Below, in pieces: positions 1 through 11,384 of a stretch of DNA of 53,064 nt. Position 1 is the stretch's first letter, and each line of letters starts with the position of its first letter. Location: assembly GCA_910592345.1 (NCBI GenBank), contig CAJVPI010000111.1, positions 1 through 53,064 of the forward strand, in the 5' to 3' direction. A program made the position numbers and the translations under genes. The DNA comes from Paraglomus brasilianum. Its lineage: Eukaryota. The notes under the pieces were generated by a model. That model did not search any database. It saw only the letters and a list, made by a program, of their open reading frames with translations, and had not been told where the DNA came from.

Positions 1-2
1 AT

Positions 3-420
3 AATCAAATTGGAGATACAGGAGCAACAGCTTTGGCAAAGGCTCTAGAATCAAATTCCTCTCTGACTTCTTTGGATTTGAGTTGGAATCAAATTGGAGA
101 TACAGGAGCAACAGCTTTGGCAAAGGCTCTAGAATCAAATTCCTCTCTGACTTCAGTAAAGCTTCAGGATAATCAAATTGGAGATACAGGAGTAACAGCT
201 TTGGCAAAGGCTCTAGAATCAAATTCCTCTCTGACTTTTTTGAATCTTCAGTGGAATCAAATTGGAGATACAGGAGCAACAGCTTTGGCAAAGGCTCGAG
301 AATCAAATTCCTCTCTGACTTCTTTGGATCTCTGGCATAATCAAATTGGAGATACAGGAGCAACAGTTTTGGCAAAGGCTCTAGAATCAAATTCCTCAAG
401 AATAATCAAATTGGTGATAT
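3..420 (+). repeat. 84-bp coding tandem repeat, about 5 units
   Basis: AATCAAATTGGAGATACAGGAG recurs with exact 84-nt period. Confidence 0.95.
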
Positions 421-496
421 AGATACAGGGGCAAAAGTTCTTGAATTATATGAGGAGAGGAGCAAGAGTTATTATTATTTAGGGGAAGGTTATTGA
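3..496 (+). pseudogene. 3' end of a ribonuclease-inhibitor-type (NLRC3-like) 28-aa LRR gene; begins before the window, last repeat frameshifted
   Basis: Units NQIGDTGATALAKALESNSSLTxLxLxx start at 3, 87, 171, 255 and 339. The next unit starts at 404 (19 nt short) and continues in another frame as NQIGDIDTGAKVLEL to a stop at 494-496. Confidence 0.8.
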
Positions 497-1862
497 TGAT
501 TGGGTACTTGTTGTTTTCAATGTTTATGGCTAGTAGGTTTGACAGTCATGATCATTTTGGGAAAGACAAAAATATGGTGCATTGTTATATTCAAGGTTTC
601 ATGATAATATGGTTGTTGTTATCACTAATATTAATTGGGTGATTATCCATTTGTGTATGAGTTGCTTATCCTTACTCTTTCAGGTTATGACTTTTGAACA
701 TCTTGTACTTTCATGAAATGTACTCAAGATACTTTAGTCATGCTTTTAGCTTTAATTTTTATCACTTATTATTATATTACTGTTCACTGTTTATTTACTC
801 TTTGCCATTTGGTGTTGTTAACTTTCATTATTTACTATTTGTTACTCAATACACATTCAACAAAAGGTTGTTACTTGATTTCTCTCAATTATTAATATTC
901 ACAATGTTCACTGCTCAAAGCTATTTTTGACTCCCTGTTTGCAAGTTTCATATGGAAAAATGTCGAGTTCTGTTTCCTTTTTTATTGTACAAAAAAAAAG
1001 TCGCCTATAAGTTAACGTTAATACAATTTCCAGCGGTGCACGTTAAGTTAACAAAAACTTAGTCATCCACAAATTTTCTTTATAATAGGAAGTTAGATGT
1101 TAGTACAATGACACCTCCATAAGTGCACGCTCTTGGGACTCAGTATTTGTGTGCAATTAGGGAGGGTTATCACGCTGGTTTCTCGTAGGCGATTATGCGC
1201 GCCTCCAGTGACAAGAGTATGTCACACTTATTATAAAAGCCAGTGGAGGGGTGACGACTTTCTCTGTTCACGTGTCTAGACGAGCTATCGTTGCTTCTGC
1301 TCTCGCTTCATGGATAAGGGATACTCTGAGGAATGTGAAAGACGACACATCCTCGTGCATTGATACTGTTGTGATAGTATTTACGATTATTATATTATAA
1401 TTATTGTTGATTTATCGAATTAAACAACGGTTCCATAAACCTCCGCGGATTGGTAACGAATACGAATAATAATAGTACATTTGGTTATTTTATACACCAA
1501 TTCACAGTTTAGTAAACGATTTGCAAAATGTTTGTTTTACGTAGATCATCAAAAAACCCTTTAATCTATTCTTTTTAGACGAACATCTTAATTCATACTT
1601 CATCGCCGATAACCATATCAAATTCCCTTTTGAAACATCCAGCTTTCGGGAACAATAAATAATTACAAAAAAAGCAATTTAATTTTCAACAGTATATACT
1701 TTTGTTATAGTAATGCGCACGCGTTTTTTGCTCTCACTTTGTTTACGATCTCCTTTTTTGTATTTATAATAAAACAAATAAAGGAAGCAACGTTTTCGCG
1801 TTTTTGTTTTTGTCACATCGTTTCCGAATTTTGGTTTCTCACGTTTCATCATCTTTTTTACG

Positions 1863-2714
1863 ATGCCAAAAAATTTTGAATTGACGGAAGCTGATCGAGG
1901 AACAATCTTAGGTCTTAGAACAGGCGGAAGCAGTATTTTAAAACTCTTAAAATTCCGCGGTTCGCTACAAAAAATAGTAGACCTAAAGCCATTAATGATG
2001 ATGATAAAAGAATATTATTCGTAAAGACAACAAACATTCTGCAGATAAAGTTTGAAAAAAAAATTTTGGAAAAAAAATTGGCAAAAAAGTTTGCACAAAA
2101 ACCATCCGTAGAAATTTGCATCGACTTGGAATTTTTTTCTCGAGTTGCTGCAGCAAACCCACTTTTAACTGATAAGCAAAGAGAAAATCGGTTGAAGTGG
2201 TGCATAGAAAGAAAGACGGGAGCATTAGAAAGTGGGAAAATATTACCCGGAGTGATGAGTCTCGCTTCAAAATTTTTAGAAACAATGGACCGCTTCGTGT
2301 ATGGCAAAGAGCTGGAGAACGTTACAATATTGAATCTTGCATCTTCAGTTAAACACGGTAGTGGAGGAATTACGGTATGAGGATGCTTTTCGGGAAGAGG
2401 TATAGGTCCATTGGTACGAGTAGATGGAAGGATGAATCATCAAGACTATATCAGTTGGGTCCGTATTATTTCATCGACAATCATTTCACCGACAGTACAT
2501 TTCACCGACAATTAACTACCAAAAAAGGATAACTTCGAAATAATGTTGGTGAAGATTTGTCGGTGAAATGATTGTCGGTGAAATGATTGTCGACGAAATG
2601 ATTGCCTCCCTATCAGTTATACTTTACAAGATGACATGTGCAGGGGGAAATAATTCTACCTGATTGGCCCCTGACCTTAATCCAATTGAACACATTTGGA
2701 ATGAACTTGAAAAA
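1863..2714 (+). mobile_element. Degenerate Tc1-family (DDE) transposase
   Basis: Across frameshifts reads MPKNFELTEADRGTILGL, PLLTDKQRENRLKWC, SDESRF, VKHGSGGITV*GCFSGRGIGPLVRVDGRMN and PDLNPIEHIWNELEK, all typical Tc1 motifs. Confidence 0.9.
2457..2610. mobile_element. 154-bp MITE with 8-bp target-site duplication, inserted in the Tc1 relic
   Basis: TATCAGTT at 2449-2456 and 2611-2618; GGG...CCC termini; inverted subterminal repeats ATCATTTCACCGACA / TGTCGGTGAAATGAT. Confidence 0.9.
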
Positions 2715-3824
2715 CAACATCCCATGGCATGAAGGCCTTTGCCGTCAAAATAAACTGACAGTTACTGTAGTTTCGATAGGCCCTCACATGGCAAAACGCA
2801 TCGTCAAAGTTATAGAATAAATAAATCATTTATCTAATTTCATTTGGGCATTTTGGCATAGTAACGGTATAATTGAATTAATAATTTAAGCACAATTTCG
2901 TTCATGAGTGAGAGAGTTTCATTAATAACTGTGAATTTACACATAATTGAGTAGATTATATTCAATTTCCACCTCTCATAGCATCGTATCAGACAATTTG
3001 CTTAAACCAAGTCGAACAGTCCTTTAAATACAAAATTCTGGCTATTCAGCTGACTTTTGACTTCGCAGAACAACAACTTCCAGACGGTTCTATTATTAGA
3101 ATAATCGATAAAGTTGAGGCTATTATTTGATATGTTAGTTGATCCGATGTTGCTCTCTCTCATGACTGGCGCATAATTCTGTCCTCACTTGCATAATTCG
3201 GAGCCATCACTATTACATGGTATACCATATGATAGAAACTTGCTTTCGTTTCTTACACGTTGATGATGCAAGATAGCAATTGTGCACACTTAAAATAACA
3301 ATTCAGTCAGTAACGTAGTGTAGGAAAACGTCATGGTAATAATCACCTATCTGTATACCTAGGAAAATTGTGCAATTATGACGACAGCGTACGACTTAAA
3401 AGTTTTGTATTGTATCCTGGTTTTATTATTTGGGTATTTATTATTGCTCGCGCGGAACAATATCGGTATTCCAGTGCTTGTTACCATCTCTAAATTCATC
3501 CATATCTCGTCTAACGTGTCTTTACAAAATCTCGCAAGCTTGGATAATATCGAAAAGAGTTTTTATTAATCATAAGCAATTGAAGTTCAAGGGAGCGGTC
3601 CCACAAGTTGGAAGACCGATCTCCAGTTATCCAAAGAGATGCCTAAGATGCAACCCATCAGGCAAAGCATCAATGCTCTGGTTTTTTTATTTAATTATTC
3701 TACATTTAAATATAGGAGAATACAACTCTAGTTATATTATCTAAAATTTCTGGCAGAGACAACAGTATTAGCAGCAAATACAGCAACGTTAGCAACATTA
3801 TCAGCAACAAGGGAGCGTGTATAG

Positions 3825-4061
3825 CTAAATTAATTTACTTCATTGGTTGAATCAACCAATTTGACAGCCACTTTCTGAACCTTCTCACTGATTAGCCCAA
3901 GCAGCCCCGTTAAAGATTGTACAATTAGCAGGGTCTTTATCTTTACATTCTAAATAATGTTTTCGGTCAATTAATAAATACTTGTTTAGAAAATTTCCTT
4001 TTGTGTCTTTTGTAGTAGGAGTTTCTTCTGCTCATGGCGGAGAAGTTAAAACCGCCAACAT
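3825..4061 (-). pseudogene. 78-codon ORF open only if UGA=Trp (code 4); probable endobacterial or organellar fragment
   Basis: ATG at 4061 to TAG at 3825 with four in-frame TGA and no TAA/TAG: MLAVLTSPP(W)AEETPTTKDTKGNFLNKYLLIDRKHYLECKDKDPANCTIFNGAAWANQ(W)EGSESGCQIG(W)FNQ(W)SKLI. Confidence 0.5.
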
Positions 4062-4698
4062 TTTAGATTATCTTTACCAAAAAAAGGAGAAGTTTATAAT
4101 TTTAGCCGCGGTGAAGCATTTTCTTTAGGCACTAGTTTTACCGATTTGAAGTTGCTTTTAGAAGTAATTCAACCCTCCTTAACAATTACTCTCCAAAATA
4201 GTTTTTTCGCCAGAAACGACAATAGTGTCAAAAGAAAGCTCCTCAACTCCATATGACATTGAAGTCTCGTATCCGTGGGATTTTAGACTAAAAATTGACA
4301 AAAAAAAAAAAAAACAAAGTAAAAATTATAAAAGTTAAAAAGTTAACCAAAAAAAGACCAAAAATGAGAGTAAAAAAGTAGACTTACAAAACTAATTAAA
4401 AAAAGTTGAAAAATACAATAAACTAAAATTAAAAAAATAGAAAATTAAACTCATAAAACCGGCCATAAAACGCATAAAACCGGTAAAACATAAAACGTAA
4501 AACAGTGAAATAGAAACTATTGAAAACACTATAAAGGAAGTAAATTCTTTCACTAAATTAAGACAATTGGATAAAAAAGCCAATGATTATGATTTGCTTT
4601 TAAAACATTTAAATCCTGACTTATCACCAGCAGGCAGTAAAGAAAGAATAGACCAGGCTCTTTTCTTTTATCGCCTTTTCCTTTAATTGCCCCCCGAG

Positions 4699-4875
4699 CT
4701 ATTCATGACTTTTTTTTTCACCACGATATCTTGCTATTCTTTGCATGTCGGCGTGGTTCAACATTCCTTGGTGTAATAAGTTGTGGATTTACATAGAGGT
4801 ATTTGTTTTCTTTCTACCGCTCCTTTCCATTGTGACCAAGTTATATTTTCGGTTCTTGGTTCGAACATCGGCTGC
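4699..4875 (-). mobile_element. Fragment of a group II intron-encoded RT/maturase, C-terminal HNH (En) domain
   Basis: With two frameshifts reads ADVRTK/RTENITWSQWKGAVERKQIPLCK/HNLLHQGMLNHADMQRIARY. RKQIPLCxxxHxxxHxG is the group II intron En-domain signature. Confidence 0.75.
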
Positions 4876-5850
4876 TAGAAAAATGGTTGTTAGACGACAA
4901 GGTAATTAAGGGCACAAAAAATAATCTGTCTTTGGACTGATTTTCCTTTTTTTGGTTTTGCTTTTCTTATCTAAATTATTTCCTGACATTTTTTTAATTC
5001 GTTTTTCACTTTTCCACTCACGGCTTAGCCTTTGGTTTACTAAAATCAATTTTGCTAACCTCTTTGACCACCCGCCACCATAACTTGTGCATAAAATTTC
5101 TCTCAGTTATCAACAATTCTCGGGGGGGAGTTAAATAAAGAAACAATGAATCAAATAGAACAATCTTTATGCTTGGTTTTAGTTTCTCCCAACTCATCAA
5201 ATAATAAAAAACAATAAATATAATAGATCGCTTTCATTTAAAAAATAATTTGTATTTTCAAATTCGAAATTTGTAAATTGTTAGTGTTTTTTATTTATAT
5301 ATAAATATATTCTTTTCGTTCTCGTTCTTTTTTTGTTTTTATTTTTATTGGTTTATACTGCACGTTTTTTATACATATATATTCTCTTTTTGTCGGCTGA
5401 TTATTTGCTGAAAAATTTTAATGCGACTAGTTGACAAATTATAATTACAATGCTCACAAATAGAGAATAATTTGCGGATAGTCTTTACTTTTACGAAGGC
5501 CTTCTAATGAATGAAGTCAAAGTCAAGACAAAATACAACGCATTGTAGAAATCAAACACATAATTTACCTTCACACGATTTATGGTATTGTTAGTGGTTC
5601 TGTTCATATAAACGAAATATCAGTATTAACATCATCCGCTGCTTATAATTTAGTGACTCAGACACTCTTTGAATAAACTTGTAATTCACGGTATTTACAG
5701 TTTACACGGGTTATTTACTTCTCTTCTAATTAAATAAATTAGATACGACATGCTTCCATGTATGTCAATATGGGTTGAGTTAAAAATAAAATCGTGTGCT
5801 GTTAACGCTGCATTCAAAAGACTGTGATCCAAAAAATGCGAGTCGTTTGC

Positions 5851-6070
5851 CAACAGTCTCAAATCTACTATAAAATGTTCGCGTTTTTAAATCGAAAAGT
5901 ATAATCTCTGCTTTAAATCTGTTAATGTAAAGTAGCTTTTACACTCAAAATTTTATTCATAAAATTAGGTTTAAATTAACATAGATATAAAAGAAAGCCA
6001 CTATTCATTTGCAAGTTATGATATTAGTCTTGAACTTCTGTTATAAAAAACTATAAGAACAAATTGACAT
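5851..6070 (+). repeat. Dispersed AT-rich repeat, copy 1 (copy 2 at ~44986-45255)
   Basis: Shared blocks in the same order: AACAGTCTCAAA, ATGTTCGCGTTTTT, AATTTTATTCATAA, TTTGCAAGTTAT, TTAGTCTTGAACTTCTGTTA. Confidence 0.85.
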
Positions 6071-7109
6071 ATTAAAAAAGTACTGGCCGCCAGTGACTGT
6101 ATTTACAAAACTTGGCATCCATTATCCTCCAGAGACAGAATAAACTTAAAATTTTACCGACTGCGCAAAATCTATTTCATCTGTCCTTTCTATTGGTTGT
6201 TCCCGATTCATAAGAGGCTTTTTTTTATGAGACTAACCAGACCAAATTTTTTAAAAGTTTTTGCCACATTTTTGGCATGAGCATGCTGGTATCAGCAGAC
6301 TGGTTAGGCGTGTCGCATAATAGTTCTGAAGCATCCGTGATAAAGAGGCAAAACACCATGTAACACCAGATACTTTTTTACGTGTTTGTTATAAACATGA
6401 TAATCAGAGCACTGTTTATAAACTTGACCCTTAATACATACGTAATTTTCGTTTAACAATGCCCACTTCTAAGCAAGAAACACAACGTCGATGTATATTA
6501 CAATTGGAGGAACTTAAAACTTCAGTCTCTTTACTGCTGTGGTGAGAAGGGGGTGCTGGACTATTACGAAAAATTAAGGGGTGGCACGACATATTGTCTT
6601 CGTGAATATGGAACATTCAAGATTCCTCCAATCTCCCTGTTTTGTCCGAAGCAATTATAACATGTCTTATTTTTTGTGGGTATACAAAGCTTAGCTTTCT
6701 GTTGGTGTATCCACTGCTCTTTACTATTTCAGTCTTTCCCGTTGGGCAGAGGCAGAAGTTGCTGGGTACGAAGGTGCACGACCAATTCGTCCCATGCCCA
6801 AAGATCGCGCCACATCCATATAAATATCAGTCGCCGCCGTCGCCGCCACGTCCCAGTCATAATAAATGACTTTCGATATAGTCTACAACATAAAGAAGAA
6901 AATATTTGGTGTAGGAATACACTCCTCGTATTTTAAAGATATTAATTCTCAGAATTGGGATGGGTGTTGATCGCATAATGGGCATTATCTGGAATTGTTA
7001 TACACTACAGTTTCTGTATATGTAACTTTCCCAATAAAAACAAAACTAGATTGTTGTTTTATTTGTTGTCCATCTAAGCAAGAAAACCAATTCCAATTCA
7101 GGAAGCAGG

Positions 7110-7380
7110 AAGACCTGGCGCCATGCGATTTTTTTCTGTTCACTGGATCAAAAAAGAACCTAATAAGGTTGAAAATCTCACACGGGCTATTCGCCGCTAT
7201 CCGTGCGGCAGCAAAAGAGGAGTACCATAGATCGTTTGAGGGTTGGCATAGTAATAGGAGGCTACAACTTTGTTATAGACAGAGACAGTCACTACTTATG
7301 AAATAGCTATTTCGATGTTGTAACATAAATGTTGGAAATAAAGACATTTCCGTCGCACCACTTTTCAGCCACCCCACGTA
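7110..7380 (+). mobile_element. 3' remnant of a mariner element
   Basis: DLAPCDFFLF (mariner YSPDLAPxD motif), C-terminal KEEYHRSFEGW..RRLQLC, and a TIR-like end CACTTTTCAGCCACCCCACG followed by TA. Confidence 0.75.
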
Positions 7381-9239
7381 CTAGACGCGATTATAATATC
7401 CTATACAATTTAATATAATCAAATAGTCAGCTCTATGTGCTAATTTAATAACTAACTTTGGTTGATCATATCTTTTCAGTAATAAATATCTTATATCTTT
7501 AGGAAAAAGAAAAGAGAAGACACTAGTCATAATAATTCATGTAATCTCTCCCATCCCATCGACACGAGATTAATCACATCGCAACAGAGAGAACCCCTGT
7601 TGAAAGGGACTACCCCGTCATCTGATAAGATGTAATTCCCCATCATCGAATGGATTTAAGAAATCGTCATTAGGAAAAGAGAAATCACGAATGGATAAAA
7701 AGATGTTACCTTGTAATTAGAGTACGTGTAGTAGGGATCCGAGTTGAGCATATGCAGTATGGAACCAGACACCCTTAATAGTCATAGAATCGAAAGTAAG
7801 TAAAATGATAATAAAGAACGAAAAGATTGCACATCGAGATAAAATCAGAACTACATCGTATAATCGTTGGTTAACCTCATCTGAAACACGGATTTGTATA
7901 GTGAACATCATTTCTGCTATTATACATAATATTTACAATGGTAATATATTCTACTTACTATCACTTTTGTAGAGTCCCGATACGACTATCCTAACGTAGG
8001 TCCATCGCTAATAGTGCATTGGGGGGGGGGGGGGAATACCAGTTGGATATGAGCTAATCCATGGGAAGTATCAGATGCATAATCATTTAATTCTGGTAAT
8101 TACCGGGAATGAGATGTTAATGAGGCCTCGTCTATCATATCCTAATAGTGAGTAGGTATATGTTAGTACCAATGATCAACCAAGTTTTCTCCATAAGAAA
8201 ACACTTGTCCATGTGTATCAGACAATGTAAGTTTTGGAAATGTTTCTTCAAAGATTATCAGTAGCAGAACTGGTTTATTGAATAATCATCATTATGCAAA
8301 TCTTTCTGGATTATCTACCAGTATACATACCTAGGCATACGAGAGAAGCTTCTTTCAAGGAATGACAAACTGGCTTGACTTCTGACTTCTTATACCTTCG
8401 CCTCGAATTGTTTACGGTCTATTTGAAGTAGAGATGATGCGATTTTAGAGCCTGATCAATGTATGGTATACAGTCCAAGGGGAATTTCTTTACAGTATTA
8501 TATCAGATGGTAGTGCATGTTATTCGTTTCGCTCATCTTAAGATGATGTCGCATAGGTGTTGGAATATATCTTCATTTAACAGTTGAAAAACTCTTCAGT
8601 AATTTATTTACATTGTTCGTAATGCACATACCCATCCGAGTAGACTGATCAACAGGTTAACCACGCGACACCTTTTTTTTTTACCTGAGAAAGTTAATAG
8701 ATAAAAAAGGAAGATGGAATGGTAAATTAACAGAAACGAAATAAACCAATTTCAAAGAAAACCAAAACAAAAGGTAGCATGGTCTTTATTCATCAGAAAC
8801 GAGGAATCCCTAAATTTATACGCTTTGTCCACATAATAATTCAGGCTAATTAACGTAAAGGCTCGTCATAATAAAAAACCACGTCAAAAGTAGCATGATA
8901 TTGCATATATACATACGTTCATCTACATGTACGATCTATCCTTGGGTAATTCTGTCCATTTCCCCTTATTAATCAGTTGTAAGGATATCAATAACACGAC
9001 GGATGAATTTCATAATCGCTTTGGATTAAGATAGAACGAGAATAAGATTTAGGGGTTCAAAATTTGAAAAACCTGTTAACGCCACTTTTAATTGGTCAAT
9101 ATTCTGGGGGCCAATGTAAATTTATACCACCAAAAAGCGAACACTCATTCCGTATAAGGATGTGTATGTGGGCCAATGTAAAGGATAGAAATTAGCTACC
9201 GTGAATAGTCAACTGTTCTCCCGTGATTACTCCCTGAGA

Positions 9240-9413
9240 AAGGAAATCATTAGAGTGGTTAAAACATTACAATTTGTGCATGGAGACTTGCAAGGGGCAG
9301 ACGATGGGAAGGAAGTCACAGTAGAGCATGATGAGGCCATGTTGGAGCAGACTTTTTCGGAATGCAGAGTTAATAGGGACATTTGTCGTAGGATATTGAA
9401 AGACAAGTGGTGA
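9240..9413 (+). pseudogene. Internally deleted protein-kinase-like fragment
   Basis: IRVVKTLQFVHGDL (catalytic-loop-like) joined directly to GADDGKEVTVEHDEAML, which resembles the C-terminus of fungal CRN-type kinases. Confidence 0.4.
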
Positions 9414-10219
9414 CTACAGCAAGACAATGATCTAACACATTATTTGCATTTTCTTTAACAAAACGTCCCTGGCTGAAAGTTGGACTGACCCTCCAACAGT
9501 AAATTCACCTCTGGGCAATTTAAATTGTCCAAAAATCCTAGTGAATTGAAATGGTTTATGGTTGAAGAGCTGGATAATATTTTCGACAGCCTTCTAATTA
9601 GTTTAATACGCTCACTATATGCATATTAATTTTAAATGAATAAAATCTGCTGCTTCCAAGCTTTAACTTGTAAGCTGGCAAGATTTAAACAATTCTCCTC
9701 CCTTCGCGTCTCGTTGTCGGTGGATAAGAGAAAGATAGCTAAATAATTTGTTTTCTTAACTGTTCGTGTTGGTAATAATTAATTCTATATTTTCGCGGGT
9801 CAAGAGTACTAGTGTCACAGAGGAAATAGTAGTTATACTTACTATTGATGTGTTACAATCCATCCATTCGGAAGCAAGATACATTAAATAATAAAATTTT
9901 TTATTACCTCAGATAATGCCCTTATTATTATTGGTCAAATAATGCAGAATACGAAAATTCGGGATAAGAAGAGAAAAAAATACGCGATTAGTCTCGACCA
10001 ATTGATGAACAATAAGCTTCTTCTTCTTCTTCTTCTCTTTAGTTCAAGTTGTTAGAAACAGATTAACGTAACGTCGCGACGCGTACCTCGCTAATTAAGA
10101 ATTTACTTTGGCATCACCTGAATTTCTTATTACAATTCGTCCGATTAACTTTAAAACCCCGGTTGCTGATCATTGCACTAAATTACCATTTTGTTCACCC
10201 ACTTTTCGCGTGTCCAAAA

Positions 10220-11252
10220 ATGTCTGCCGTTCTCCAGCCCTCCAAGGAATCTATCATAAAGTTCATTGTAGAACACAAACAGAGTACAGCCGTGTGTTTA
10301 TTTGATTTGAAGCAAGAATTTGGAGATTCATGCATGCCATCGCTTGAACATCTAGTGGGGGAAACTATTTTGTAAGTTTGATCAAGTTTCGACTACAAGT
10401 GGGCAAGCGAATCTTTAATAACATTACGTGCTTTTCAGAACAGAACGGAAGAGAAACATAGGATCAAATAATACGTGTGATAGCTTTGGTAAAAACTCCG
10501 AGGATACTTTAACTATATATTATCTCGATAATTCCCGTACTGAGCATAAAGGCGTTAAGGTATCGTCAAGTGTCCGTCCTCTCGTGTTGCAATGTGGCTA
10601 TCGTTTGATTTCACTGAAATTATTATTCTTGTCTAGCGCAAATCGCTACCAGAATCCGATATCACATCCATAGAATCTGATCCGAAAGCTCTGGCTGAGA
10701 AGGTTAGATGATTATGCTTTTACGTCACGTCTAGTTCTAATGGCAAGTTGAAAACTCTAAACGCTTCATTCAATATACGAGACTAAACCAATTTATGCAA
10801 AGCAGACTTTATTACAGTCACAGATAAAATCTCTCGAGGAACGACTAAACGCGTTGAAAGCAGGCGAGACAGAAACCATGAAACAATTCGAGTAAGCAAA
10901 AACTGTAACTTACAATTCCGTTGCTTTATTATTTGTCTACTGTAATTAAATGTCTATTCGAATGTGCTGTTGTTCATTTTCCTCCTCTAAGTGGAGCAAC
11001 CGATATCCAAAAGATTCTCAATGCTCATTATAAACGAATACATGAATATAATGAAATAAAAGATGTTGGACAAATGCTGCTTGGAAAGGTGAATTTTACA
11101 AGAATCAGATGAGAATTATTATTAATACAATTATAATGCGTATTGTCCAAATAACGATATACCATCTCTAATTGATCCCAAAGTGTGCAGAAATCGAGGG
11201 AACAACAACCAGAGAAATGTATAAGAAGTTTGGCGTAGATATCGAAGATTAA
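10220..11252 (+). CDS. SWI5: DNA repair/recombination protein Swi5/Sae3 (multi-exon)
   Basis: Starts MSAVLQPSKE; C-terminal exons ILNAHYKRIHEYNEIKDVGQMLLGK | CAEIEGTTTREMYKKFGVDIED* match the Swi5 domain; GT-AG introns. Confidence 0.9.
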
Positions 11253-11384
11253 GCGAATGCACCTGCAATAACTTATGAAAGCGAAAGTCTATATAGTTTT
11301 CAATTATGAATGTACCCCAAAACGGATAACAATTATCTAGTACAAATAGACAATTTGACTAAACCTTCTCCACATACTATTACT

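Noticed and set aside
3..420. CRISPR-like constant repeat with variable spacer
   Set aside because: Period is exactly 28 codons, the frame is open and encodes LRRs; eukaryotic context with no cas genes.
1098..1458. Possible solo LTR (TGTTAG start, TATAAAAG, ATTAAA, ends GGTAACG)
   Set aside because: No CA terminus, no matching TSD and no second copy in the window.
1493..2940. TIRs for the Tc1 relic (AATTCACAGTT / AACTGTGAATT)
   Set aside because: Only an 11-bp match without clear TA-flanked termini.
3825..4061. Selenoprotein reading of the in-frame TGA codons
   Set aside because: No redox motif context or recognisable SECIS; Trp (code 4) or simple decay is more parsimonious.
7500..8650. 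Coding-like minus-strand fragments
   Set aside because: Too many stops and frameshifts to assign a family by eye.
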